A stretch of DNA of 64,000 nucleotides from the NCBI RefSeq assembly GCF_001194135.2, contig NC_068986.1:5055492-5119491 (forward strand), in the 5' to 3' direction. The translations under genes were made by a program, and so were the position numbers. The notes under the pieces are model-generated. The model worked only from the letters and a program-made list of their open reading frames with translations, did not search any database and had not been told where the DNA came from. Positions 38,503 to 49,131 of the stretch are shown in pieces. Position 1 is the stretch's first letter; every line of letters starts with the position of its first letter. This DNA comes from Octopus bimaculoides (Eukaryota).

Positions 38503-40167
38503 TCACTGCCTGGATTTGAACTCGGAATCTTGCAGACCGAGTGCAGATATGAGTAGCATATGGGAACCAGTATTAAGGAAGGATAGGAAAATATTAGATT
38601 TATAAGCCCTAAAATTCACTCCATAATTGCCCACGAGCATATGGCGTAGTGGTTAAGAACGTGAGCTACTAACCCCAAGATTCCAAGTTCGATTCCAGGC
38701 AGTGACCTGAGTAATAATAATAATAACATTGAAAAATACCTTAGGAATGAGAACCCAGGTTCGAAATTTCCCCAAGACACCTGATGAAGGCTGGAGGTAT
38801 ATCAACCGAAATGTTGTGTTAACAACAAACAAGATGAGGACAAATATCCATCACTCCTCATCTCTTAAATATAGAACTGTATTACAAGAGATAGATGTTG
38901 TCCATAGGTAAACCAATCACCTAGGATTAATGTAACTCAATTGGAACTACTACAGCCAGAAATCAAAAGTAACTGTAGACACCATTGTGATATTCAGAGA
39001 AGATGAGAAAGTTTATGCTAATACATTCAACTTAAAATAAGCTAAGATATTTTAATAGAAATTACATTCACATGTGTAAAAACAAAAAAAAATGGTTTTA
39101 AAGAGTAATTCTCAAGACAAGGGAAACAACTCCATAAACTAGTGCCGTTGCTCTTTGGAAGTACGGTGAGAGTTCTGCACGTTTTGGTTTATTACTATAC
39201 AAAAATGTTTATTTAGTCTTTTATAGAAATAATTTGAATTAAACATTTTTAGAGGCACAACATCAAATTGCCAAATACATTAAAAAGTAAATGGGTTAAT
39301 TAATTCTGATATATTTAGTCCAACTTAAAATAATTTGAGGCTATCTCGGGCTACATTATCTAATGTGTTTCCTTTTTTTTTAAGATGGTAGGATATGGTA
39401 GAAGGGGGATTTGACTACTATTTCTAGCAAATCAAGTAGCCATAGAGATGGAGCTGAATGGAACCAGTTACATAATTAATAGCTTCTGTCTTTCACTCTG
39501 ACACACACACATAAATACATTATCACTGTTGTTATTGTCATTTAACGTCTGCTTTCCATGCTGGTATGGGTTGGACAGTTCAGAAGAAACAAGTGAACCA
39601 GAAGGCTGCATCAACCTCTAATTTCTACTTCGGTATAGTTTCTACAGCTGGATGCTCTTCCCAATACCAACTACTTTACAAAGTGTACTGGATGCTTTTA
39701 ACATAGCACCAGCACCAGCAAGGTCACCAAATAACTCCCAAGACCCCCACTCAACTGAGTGAGGGAGGGGCAGCACTAAGAGAGGTGGCTTTATGCTAGG
39801 TGATGAAAGGTTAAACTATGATAAGGAGACAAGAACAGGTGTTTTGCTGTGGGGAAGGGTTAGGGTTACCCCAATTGGAAGAGGAGGAGAATGATGGTGA
39901 AGGCATGTCAGAGCATATCCTCAAGTGACAGGAAGGAGAATAAAGAGAAGTGATGTGAGTAGTAAGTTCACATGAGTGCAAGAGACGTTGGTGCATTTAT
40001 GTCCCTGTAACTTAGCAGTTCAGCATAAGAAATCAATAGAATAAGTACTAAGCTTAAAAAATAAGTCCTGGGATCGATTTGTTCAACTAAAACCCTTCAT
40101 AACAGTATCCCAGCATGGCTGCAGTTAAATGACTGAAACAAGTAAAAAGAAAATAAAAAAAGATCAC

Positions 40168-40199
<32 letters not shown>

Positions 40200-40602
40200 A
40201 AATATACACATTATATATATATAGATAGATAGATATAGATATATATAAAATTTATTTTCAAAAAAATTTTTCTTTTAAATGGTAGGAATGCAACTAACCT
40301 TGTATGTGAGACACAAATGGAATGGTTACAATCTGCTAATGAGACAGTCAATACCTTATTGGTCAGTATAGAACTACCATCCGCAAAACCAAAAAGAGAA
40401 TGATCAGTGAAAACCACTCTCAATCCCATTGTCTTTGCATGGAACATAGCTTCATGTGCCAAAGTTGAAAATGCCTAAAATGTAAGAAAGTCCAAAGAAG
40501 TGGTGAAAAGTCATTGAAATCAACAGTTTATACAGTAACAGACAACTTAACAATAATGCTCACTCAGTTTTAGTAATATAAACAGCAAATAAACTGTATG
40601 CA

Positions 40603-40638
<36 letters not shown>

Positions 40639-43600
40639 CGCACATGTTTTTCTCATTACCCCACTGCTTGATAACCAGTGTTGGTTTGTTTATGCCCCTG
40701 TAATCTAGCAGTTCCGAAAAGGAGACTGATGGAACAGGTATCAAACTTTGAGAAAAGTAAGTTCGAGGGGCAATTTGATCAACTAATCCCATCAAGGTGG
40801 TGCCCCAGCATGCCCACAGCCCTATGATTGTACTACCAGCACCAGCCACGACTATGATTTCACTTGGCTTGATGAGATTTCTCAAGCACAACATATTGCT
40901 AAAGGTCTCAGTCACTTGTCATCACCTCCATGAGGCTCAACATTCAAGGATCATGTTTCACCACCTCATCCCAGGTCTACCTCTTCCACAGGTTCCCTCT
41001 ACAGTTAGAGATCAGCACTTCTTTACACAGCTGTCCTTGTCCATGTGCATCACATGACCATACCAGTGCAATCATCTCTCATGTACACCACATCTGATGC
41101 CTCTTATGCCCAGTTTTTCTCTCAAGACACGTACACTCAGTCATACATGCAAACTGACATTGCACATCCAGCAAAGCAAACTAGCTTTGTATCATCATAT
41201 ATTCTAAATTCAATGCATTCCAGTTTTTAAAAGTTATCTTACCGAATGTCCATGAACAATAGTGATTTTCTCTCGAATGAAAATATCCCGAAGCAAGGGT
41301 AATGTGGTGAAAAGTGATGGCAGAATGCATTGGTTATAAATAGGGTAGAATGGCAGATAATAAACCTATAAGATAGTAGAAATTTAAAGGTGTAATTGAT
41401 GTCAAACCTTTGAAATACCAAATTATTATCAAATAGAAAATAAAATCAGTTCAACTTTTGTTTGTAATTAGAGATTTAAGAATGATTATCTAAAATTTTT
41501 TTTTTTTTAAATTACCTTTAAATATTTCTAAAAGATAACATGTTCAAATTTTGTCATAACTGGAAATGTTTAAGAAAAATACTAACATACAGAATATCTA
41601 TAAACAAAGTATAAACATAGCAGAAAATATAAAGAACTACAATCAGCAGTCAGTTGTAAGAAAGTATGGTTTGGCACCATGTACAATGTTACTAAATGTT
41701 TTAAGTGCTTATGCAATCGCAAGCAGACATAGACATTCTCATGAACTCATAATCACTGACCCAATGGAAGCCCCTGGAGAAGAAGAGGATTGCATCTTCA
41801 CTAGGCTGGTACTTACTTTTAACTGAGTAGACTGGAGCAACATGAAATGAAGTGCCTTGTTCAAGGATCACAATGCACTACCCAGTCCAGGAATTGAACT
41901 CAAAACTTTAGGATCATGAGCCAGACACACTAACTTCTAGGCCATGCACTTTTATAAAATACCTATGATATTTATAAAATAAAAAAATAAAATATCAATT
42001 GCTGATTTTTTTATTTATTCTTCCACTTTGTAGATGTTCCATATAAATCAGTAAACAAAGAACCAAAATACTCAACAGAAAAGTTTTCATTAAAACTTAT
42101 GACAAAATCTTAATTTATTGTCAAAAAATGACTTCATTAATTGTAATATTGCTAGATTTTACAAGTTGTGTACCCAATTAAACTACTTGCAGAAACTTAA
42201 AATTCATTTCCTTTTTAACCCAAGTCTTCAACTTGTCATGGGCTTCTTACAGTCTCCACATATTTTAGTAGCATAAAAAAACATTTTTCATAAGATTTTC
42301 TTTGCTGGATGGTCTGACAGGATCTAAAGGGTTCAAGAACAGCATCGTTAGAAGCTACTTTTCACTAGAAGCTACTTAGATAAAATCACACAAACTGGTT
42401 TATCACCAGATGTGATATGGTTCACATATGTCTGAAGATACTATTTTGAAAATTAAGCTTAATGTAATTTTAATTTTACTTTGTACAATACACAAGTTAG
42501 TATCAAACTTATTTTACTAATTGTTTCTAATATAGGCACAAGGCCAGCAGCTTTGAGAACTTGACTGGGACTGCATTTTATCAAACCCAGAGAAATGTAA
42601 TGCAAATTTAACCTCAGCAGGATTTAAACTCAGAACACTAAGTGCTGTAATTAAACACCACAAGGTATTTTACCCAACATTCTAATGAGTCTGTTAATCC
42701 ACCACCTTAAAGGCTAATTTTAATAATGATATATGTTGGTTGGTGAACTGGGAGTCATCAGAGTGTAGAACAAAATGCTTTGGATATTTGTTGTATTCTG
42801 AGTTCAAATCCAGTCTAACTTTTCCTTCTAAGATCACTTTGTACCTGAAAAGTGCTAGGATTCATTTAACTGACTAACCCATCATTATCATCGTTTAACA
42901 TCTGTGTTCCCTGCTGGCAGGGGTTGGATGGTTTGACAGGAGCTGGCCAGCAGGAGAGCTGCACCAGGCCCCAGTTGTCTGTCTTGGCAAGGTTTCTACG
43001 GCTGGAAGCCCTTCTTAACACCCACTACTTTACAAAGTGTACTGGATGCTTTTTAAATGGCACCAGTATTAGTCCTTTATATGTGGCACCAGCACATGCT
43101 TTTTACATGGTACCAGTATGGGTGCTTTTGACATGGCACCAGCACCCATGGGCTCACAAGACAAGGAGCTCTCAGCTGTGAGAGGGAGAGGAACCAAGTG
43201 ATTAGAGTAACCCCTTCCCTAAAAATTTCTGGTTTTACACCTATATCAGGAAACAATAATGAACGATGTTAATGTTCAGTAACAATATAGTTAAATATCA
43301 ATATTACTTACCTTTAAGCCATTGGTTAAATATCGCACGCCTTGTCTGTCTTCATAACGATGAGTAGCTACAACAACCTTGTGTCCTCTTTCAATCAAAC
43401 ATTGAGACAGCTGATAAATATGGCTTTCAACACCACCCATATTTGGATAAAAGAAGTCAGACACCATACTGAAAAATAAGAAGAATTTTTTTTTTCTTTA
43501 AAGCAACTTAAATTGTGAATTAGCAAATTGGCAAAGTCTTCTGATTAAATATTTTGTGAGTATTTATTTGTTCCATTCTCTATACTCTGAATTCAAATTC

Positions 43601-46600
43601 TACTTAAGTCAATTTTGCCTTTCATGTTTTGGGTATTGGGAATGATAGCAACATTTCTTCCAGTTTTACATTCTAGGTTGAGCTGAACCTGAAAGCACAT
43701 TGTTGTGAAGCAAATGTAGTGGTGATTCAAAACTGAACCACTGGGCACTACAACCAAACCACAATAGTTTCACATGATCAGTCTAGTAAGAAACCTATCA
43801 GTATCAAGCCATGGAATGATTCAATCTTCTAGAATATTCTTCTTGTACCCCATAAAGAGTCGCTTTGGCGCTAAACCTATTGCAGAATGTTGAGACAGGT
43901 GAGCAACATGTCTCCATTCTTGCCAGGCAAACTGCCAATGCAGATGTCCTGCAACAGGTGACCAAGAACCTCCATCACCATGAAGACAGCTCAGTTGATT
44001 TCAGATATGTTGGGCCAACTGCATGTCGCCATACCAAGAGCTTTCTGTAAACCCAGAGCAGTATCTCTTTCCCAATCTGTAAGTATTGTTAACTGAAAAT
44101 AGCCAATGTCAGTGGTCTTTACATGCAACAATAAATATTTCAGTTAAATGTTCATGAGTTTGCTTCAACTATTCATGCAGCAAATGAAATATATTTTCAT
44201 TCACCAACTCAACAATTACATGTCCTAAACCCATGACACAAACTTCTTAGCTACACAGTTATACCTATTCCCATTCATAAAACATATTTGTATTAAGTGC
44301 AAAGTCACTAAGTTCTGTCTGCTACTATAGTACTATTTGTATCTAAGATGTCTTCCAGGAAATTTACTAGTCTTTGGAGTGTACGATATATCTAATCTAT
44401 ACAGTTTAACTCGCTAATGCCAGATCCATGTGAGAAGAGTCGTACTTCGTCATTGACCATGGGTTCACAATAGTCACAGGTGTTTTAGTTATATGCTTGC
44501 TTGTAGTCTGTGTTTTGGTTGTGAATGCTGAGTTATTATTTAACTGGAAGAAAGTTTTGAATTAGCAAACTTTATTATCAAAAATATTTTGCCACGACTA
44601 TTTCATTCAGGCAGTGTACCAAAGAGTTTTTAACATACCAACACAAGTGTGTTACCCCAACTCGTCGACTTTGTTTCGTCATAACTTCTAAGAAAAACGG
44701 ATATTTATGTAATGAAATTTTCTACAAATATGCTTCCGATGGTGTAGATTCTGCTTATATCAGAATTTGTGGAAAGAAAATCGGACTCGTACACATACAT
44801 ACTGACAAACGTAGCTTTTTTTGAAATTTCAAGTTTCATTTGGTAGATGTGTGTCTGTATGTAATGTGTACGAGCCCACCAATTAGGGCGGGGGGTTCAT
44901 ATCAAATTCCGATATAATTGGAATTTTTTTATGAAATACCATTCAGAGTGTGTTGACATTCTGAACGATATCTCAAAATTAACAATTTTTTCTGAAAGTT
45001 ATGAGGAAACACAGCTGATTCGTGTGAATTTTCCATAACTCCTCACCCAACCCTCAGAAAAAGATTTTGGCGGAGGTTTACCCTTATAATGGGAGGTGGT
45101 GTGAGTATTATTTACCTTCGCCAAAAATGTGTTCATATCAAATACCGATATAATCATAATCTGCGCTATCTGAGGCGTATTTGTAGAAAATATCATTGGA
45201 AGCATCAATTTTTCTGAAAATTATGGAGAAACTAAGAGGTGCATGCCAACTTTTTAACTAATGTCTTTGATATATATTCTTTTATTTGTTTCAGTCATTT
45301 GACTGCGGCCATGCTGGAGCACCGCCTTTAGTCGAGCAAATCGACCCCAGCACTTATTCTTTGTAAGCCTAGTACTTATTCTATCGGTCTCTTTTGCCGA
45401 ACCGCTAGCTTATGGGGACGTAAACACACCACCATCGGTTGTCAAGCGATAGAATCGTTCTTTTTTGCTGAACCGCTATGTTACGGGGACGTAAACACAC
45501 CAGCATCGGGGTTGTCAAGCGATGTTGAGCGGACAAACACAGATATACAAACAAACACACACACACACACATATGTGACGGGCTTCTTTGAGTTTCCGTC
45601 TACCAAATTCACTCACAAGGCTTTGGCCGGCCCGAGGCTATAGTAGAAGACACTTGCCCTGCCCAAGGTGCCAGGCAGTGAAACTGAACCCAGAACAATG
45701 TGGTTGGTAAGCAAGCTACTTACCACACAGCCACTCCTGCGCCTATGATTATGATTTGAAGGCAGTTTAGTTGCTATTTCTTGCAGGACCAGCAATGTAT
45801 ATAGCCATCCCCATGTCAGCCCTAATAGGGCAGATATTAAATATGTTCTATGTTGTGACCAATGTCTTCAATTCGTATTCAGGGTGTCTAACGTATCATT
45901 CCTTTTCATAGGATGGTAGGTAGAGTGTAATTTGTGGGAGATTTGGTTCTTAATTTTAGCAAGATAAGCTATTGCTTAGATCCTCGCAGAACTTTTAGAT
46001 AATCTAATCAGCATGTCAATCAAAAATTAAATACACTGGAGTTATAACAGTTCTCCGTAAATATTAAATCCAATTTTAAGAAGAGTGACGTTGTTGCACG
46101 CTACGAAATAAATTAGTAAAGTATTTATACAAGACACACAATATGTTTTTTAAGTTTCTATTTGATAAGTTAAACGAAAACTTAATTTTTGAATCAAAAT
46201 TTTGAAGTACACTTACCATATATTGTGTTTCATACTGAATGGATTCGCTAAATTATATATATCCGAAAGTATCCAGTTAAACACATCAAATATTCTTCAT
46301 ATTTTTATAATTCAATCATAATTTATACTAGAGAAATAGTTTCCGTAGAAGAGTTTAGCTGTTTTATACAAAAGTATACTTTACTAATACGAAACGAGAT
46401 CATCAAATAAAACTATACTTTCTTTAAAATAGCTAAGATATTTATTGATCAAAAACAATAAATATTTAAATGTTAATATATAGTACGAATTAAAAACTAA
46501 AGATTAATTTTAAATACATAAATTTTACTTTTTCTTTTCGCCAAATGCTCCACACTATTTTTATAGCTTTCAATTGACGGTGTTTCCATAACACAACTTT

Positions 46601-46829
46601 TTTTGTGTATTGTTGTGGTCGAGTAATGCTCTACTCTAAACAGAAGTAAGAAATTTAAAATGTAAGGTCATTGTTAATAATTTTCCTTGTTAACCAAAAT
46701 ATGTTATTCTACTTTCATTACAATAAACCATTAAACGCTTATTGTTTATTTCAATATATTGTAATTCATAAAACTTATATGAAGGCAATAATAGACTGAC
46801 AGAATAGTCCGACTGAATACCGGTGGCAT
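26944..46829 (-). CDS. PIGA: PIGA, phosphatidylinositol N-acetylglucosaminyltransferase subunit A (GT4 family); 11 coding exons traced (423 codons), terminal exon unresolved
   Basis: Manual splicing with GT-AG sites and consistent phases gives ([10 protein letters not shown])[31 protein letters not shown]...HSLFGFAD...SKENTVLR...[11 protein letters not shown]...GGEGPKR...[35 protein letters not shown]...[14 protein letters not shown]...TM helix. These are hallmark PIGA/SPT14 motifs, including the EX7E motif. Confidence 0.97.
27911..28094 (-). CDS. PIGA: PIGA exon: (A)[60 protein letters not shown]
   Basis: tttttag acceptor, gtaggt donor; overlaps ORF 27907..28131. Confidence 0.95.
28745..29215 (+). 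mobile_element. RTE LINE fragment (post-RT region) antisense within a PIGA intron
   Basis: [68 protein letters not shown]. Confidence 0.88.
29586..29671 (-). CDS. PIGA: PIGA exon: [28 protein letters not shown]
   Basis: cttttag acceptor, gtaaga donor. Confidence 0.97.
31472..31691. mobile_element. piggyBac-like MITE, second family (partial inverted copy about 53810-54008)
   Basis: TTAA|CCCTTTAGAATTC ... GAATGTTAAAGAG|CTAA. Confidence 0.6.
32028..32110 (-). CDS. PIGA: PIGA exon: [27 protein letters not shown](G), catalytic EX7E motif
   Basis: cttatag acceptor, gtaagt donor. Confidence 0.97.
32330..32470. repeat. Degenerate TTATAAGGCTTTG minisatellite with an internal hairpin (related tracts 36347-36414, 37264-37378)
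   Basis: Repeated ttataaggctttg-like units; 25-bp inverted arms at 32352-32376 and 32388-32414. Confidence 0.7.
32849..32955 (-). CDS. PIGA: PIGA exon: (G)[35 protein letters not shown]
   Basis: aactag acceptor, gtaagt donor, GGEGPKR motif. Confidence 0.96.
35620..35727 (-). CDS. PIGA: PIGA exon: (I)[35 protein letters not shown]
   Basis: ctttcag acceptor, gtaagt donor, RLVYRKG motif. Confidence 0.96.
35895..36258 (+). mobile_element. (GAT)n-tailed retroposon (other copies about 33305-33450 +, 35220-35605 +, 39530-39720 -, 42885-43145 -, 51790-52000 +)
   Basis: gtggcacgtaaaagcaccc...gagtggttggcattaggaagggcatccagctgtagaaac...gacgttaaatgatgatg. Confidence 0.85.
36415..37246. mobile_element. 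Possible hAT-like MITE that hosts the 36815-37042 palindrome
   Basis: Left end CAGGGGTGAGAAAA, right end TTTGCCCACCACACTA; degenerate, no TSD seen. Confidence 0.35.
36815..37042. repeat. Near-perfect palindrome (about 98-bp arms, 31-nt spacer); each arm contains a hammerhead-like core
   Basis: Arms 36815-36912 and 36944-37042 differ by 4 substitutions and a 1-nt indel; CTGAAGA A GGAA N5 TTCC GAAA TATC on both strands. Confidence 0.92.
37788..37903 (-). CDS. PIGA: PIGA exon: (S)[38 protein letters not shown]
   Basis: tactag acceptor, gtaagt donor, phases 2-1 consistent with neighbours. Confidence 0.96.
38305..38532 (-). mobile_element. tRNA-headed SINE copy (5'-truncated) carrying a hammerhead-like motif at 38351-38396
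   Basis: Reverse complement of 38676-38848; core GACAC CTGATGA A GGCTG N10 CAGCC AAAA CGTT GTGTT. Confidence 0.85.
38629..38848 (+). mobile_element. tRNA-headed SINE carrying a hammerhead-like motif at 38776-38820
   Basis: A box TGGCGTAGTGG, B box AGTTCGATTCC, (AAT)n linker, then GACAC CTGATGA A GGCTG N9 CAACC GAAA TGTT GTGTT. Confidence 0.85.
40299..40474 (-). CDS. PIGA: PIGA exon: [58 protein letters not shown]
   Basis: ttttag acceptor, gttagt donor; overlaps ORF 40211..40462. Confidence 0.97.
40860..41210 (-). mobile_element. RTE LINE 3' fragment
   Basis: Homologous to about 56440-56830 ([11 protein letters not shown]...GRPGMRW). Confidence 0.75.
41243..41365 (-). CDS. PIGA: PIGA exon: [41 protein letters not shown]
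   Basis: cttatag acceptor, gtaaga donor, 123 nt, phase 0-0. Confidence 0.96.
43312..43468 (-). CDS. PIGA: PIGA exon: [52 protein letters not shown]
   Basis: ttttcag acceptor, gtaagt donor, near-identity to the PIGA N-terminal motif. Confidence 0.97.
44680..45225. mobile_element. Degenerate inverted-repeat, MITE-like element
   Basis: aatgaaattttctacaaatatgcttccgatggtgtagat (44711) is the approximate reverse complement of about 45158-45197; the motif cataa(c/t)ttt.agaaaaa recurs three times. Confidence 0.5.
45283..45745 (-). mobile_element. Abundant tRNA-SINE copy with an internal duplication of about 70 bp
   Basis: ttttgc(c/t)gaaccgcta...ggggacgtaaacacacca(c/g)catcgg..gttgtcaagcgat occurs twice. 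Confidence 0.88.
46801..46829 (-). CDS. PIGA: PIGA probable first coding exon (MPPVFSRTI + CT, phase 2)
   Basis: ATG at 46829, in-frame upstream TAA, donor CT|GTCAGT. Phase 2 matches the next exon and gives RTIL-MVSDFF, like the HNIC-MVSDFF strand of other PIGAs. An alternative (MGNVVRT, donor GTAATG) has the same phase. Confidence 0.55.
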
Positions 46830-47196
46830 TACGTTCTGACAACATTGCCCATCTTCTTTCTGGGTTCGATTTTAATATATCTCTAAAGTATCCTAGTTGT
46901 AAATTGAATAAGTGATTAAAACTAGAATATATTTAAATCCTAGTAAATTAATTACAAGTAAAATGTAATCGACACACGCACTGGTTCAGTCCTTTATTAA
47001 TTTATTACCGGCATAATGCCTCTCCCAAGGTTTAACTGTATTTCTTTCAACACACGTATCCACATCAAGAATCTTGCACGCCAAATACACATTCGAAAAA
47101 TGTAATCGGTTGCACTAGAAACTTCGTTTTATTTTCCGTTTACTTTCTCATCTGTCAATGGTAGTCGAGTACGACTTGGTAGTTGGTTTACCATAC

Positions 47197-47539
47197 CTTC
47201 GCTCCTGTTTTAGATGCCTACGTAGTCGCGAGCAAAGACCGACAGCCTCTTGACCCGTTAGAACATCAAAGACATGTTGGATGGAGAGGGTCTGCGTCTA
47301 TCTAACCACGTTTGATTTAAAGGCAATCTTTATCCACCTTGTCACAGCACAGTCATACAGTATGTATAGTATTGTTATGTTTGCTTTTTGTTTTTTATCG
47401 ATCCAACTGTACTATCTGTTGGGTCACTGCACCCCGGTAAATGTTGCCGTTTTCTGCCCATAATAGCCACCAAGATAACTGAACTCGCATGTAGCTAGAA
47501 GCCATCCCTCTATGTACCACATGTTGAACACGCTACATA
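47197..47539. promoter_or_regulatory. Probable bidirectional promoter and non-coding first exons of PIGA (-) and ANKRD49 (+)
   Basis: Locally CpG-richer unique sequence between the divergent genes. Minus-strand donor AG|GTATGG at 47196 and plus-strand donor |GTAAGT at 47540 face outward. Confidence 0.55.
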
Positions 47540-48789
47540 GTAAGTACTACAGCACTACAAAAAGATCCTACTTATATTTATTTGTCAATAAAAGGAATTA
47601 ATGGTTAATGTTTCCGGGTAATATTGTAAACATTAGCCGAATTGATTTACTAAAAATGTAACATGGTGAATTGGTCTTTAATCTCTTTAAATTTCTTTAA
47701 AATGTTTCAGCTTCAAAGCTGCGGTCATGCTGGGGCACCGAGTATGTTTCAATTTAAAATTCCTACTCAGGTCTTATTTGACTGTGTCAAATGTTTTTTC
47801 TAGAATCTAATTTGTAACCAATTTTAAGTTACCACATTGTTTTGTATATTTGAATAAATACTTTTAAAAAAATGTTTATCAGATACACTATTTGAATGCA
47901 ATGTGATCTCGAATATGATATGACCCAGCTTTTTGTTCCAAAAATCAGCAACATTTTATCATTAGATATTTTCTGTGGAATTTCTCTTGTTATACTGAAT
48001 TAAATACAGTCCCTACGTCTTATGCATAATTTTTCCATGCTTGCATCGATAGGGCGAATTCGTTATTTGATCATTGTTTTACAGCCTTACCTATTTTTCA
48101 AGTTAGGGATCACTTATTTCACACAGCTTTGAAAGCATCAAATGCCTAAACGATTTATTGACAGGAGAAACTGACAACAGCACCGCCCGCCACACTTTTT
48201 GTACAAGCGATTGTATATATAAACATACGTCCGCACATGTTTTCGAGTTCAATCAATCTTGCGCCTATTACACACACACAACGAGCTTGTGTGCAGTTTC
48301 TATCTGCTAAATTCTACTCACAGTAATTTGTGATTATGGTAGAAAACACTTAAAGTGCCACACAGTGGGATTGAACTTGGAATCACATAGTTACAAAGCA
48401 AAACTCCTTAACTATACAACCGTGCTTAGAGCTGACATAGTATAGCAAATGGTATTCATGATTACATAACTGTTTTACTGTGAAGGTGTTGAATCTATTG
48501 CTACAAACAAGTCTATCAGACAAGCCTGAGCAATTTAGTAACCAATTACTTCGTTAGCAGAAATGAGAGCTCTTCATCTTGTAGTGACTACAACATTGAA
48601 CTGCCTCGGTTACAATGACAAATGCACCAAAATCCTATTGCTTGTAAGATATGTGTAGTATTTTTCCATCATTGTCTTTCAAAACAGAATACCGATGATG
48701 ATGGTGGTGGTGGTGGTGGTGGTGGTAGTGGCATAGGAGGAAGAAGAGAAGTTGAGCTGCTGAGAGGTCACAGCTCCTGTACCACAGAA

Positions 48790-49010
48790 ATGTGATTAGA
48801 ATGCTGCAGGAAAGAATCACAAGACAGATTCTTCAGGCCAAGCCACCCAACAGGAGACTTAGAGGAAGACCAAGAATGAGATGGTTGGATAATATCCATA
48901 GTCTCAGTTGGTCACGCTTGGGAATCCAGGCAGAAAGTCTAATGGCAGTTGCTTCTGATTGAACCTTATGGAGGAGGTGTCTGAAGACACAACCCTCCCA
49001 GGACTAGTGA
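48790..49010 (+). mobile_element. LINE (RTE/L2-like) 3' fragment in the ANKRD49 5' intron
   Basis: QERITRQILQAKPPNRRLRGRPRMRWLDNIHSLSWSRLGI. Confidence 0.7.
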
Positions 49011-49131
49011 ACTGAGAAGATGAATGATTGGTTGAAAGTCCTTAGAATTGAAAAGTGACTGATGTGTGTGATTATATTCTCTAATAAATTCTTTTATATC
49101 TTCTTATTAACATTTTCTATTTTAGAAGAAA

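Noticed and set aside
43865-44050. 61-aa ORF near the PIGA 5' exons
   Set aside because: All three minus-strand frames are closed. The plus strand resembles a decayed RTE 3' region (NADVLQQ...R-IPK-like), not a PIGA exon.
44999-45208. ORF with SFSEGW resembling the pogo/CENP-B helix-turn-helix motif
   Set aside because: Similarity is limited to a few residues and lies inside a non-coding inverted-repeat element.
47197-47300. Minus-strand segment ending in a phase-2 donor as the PIGA first coding exon
   Set aside because: No in-frame ATG before an upstream TAG; treated as a probable 5' UTR exon.
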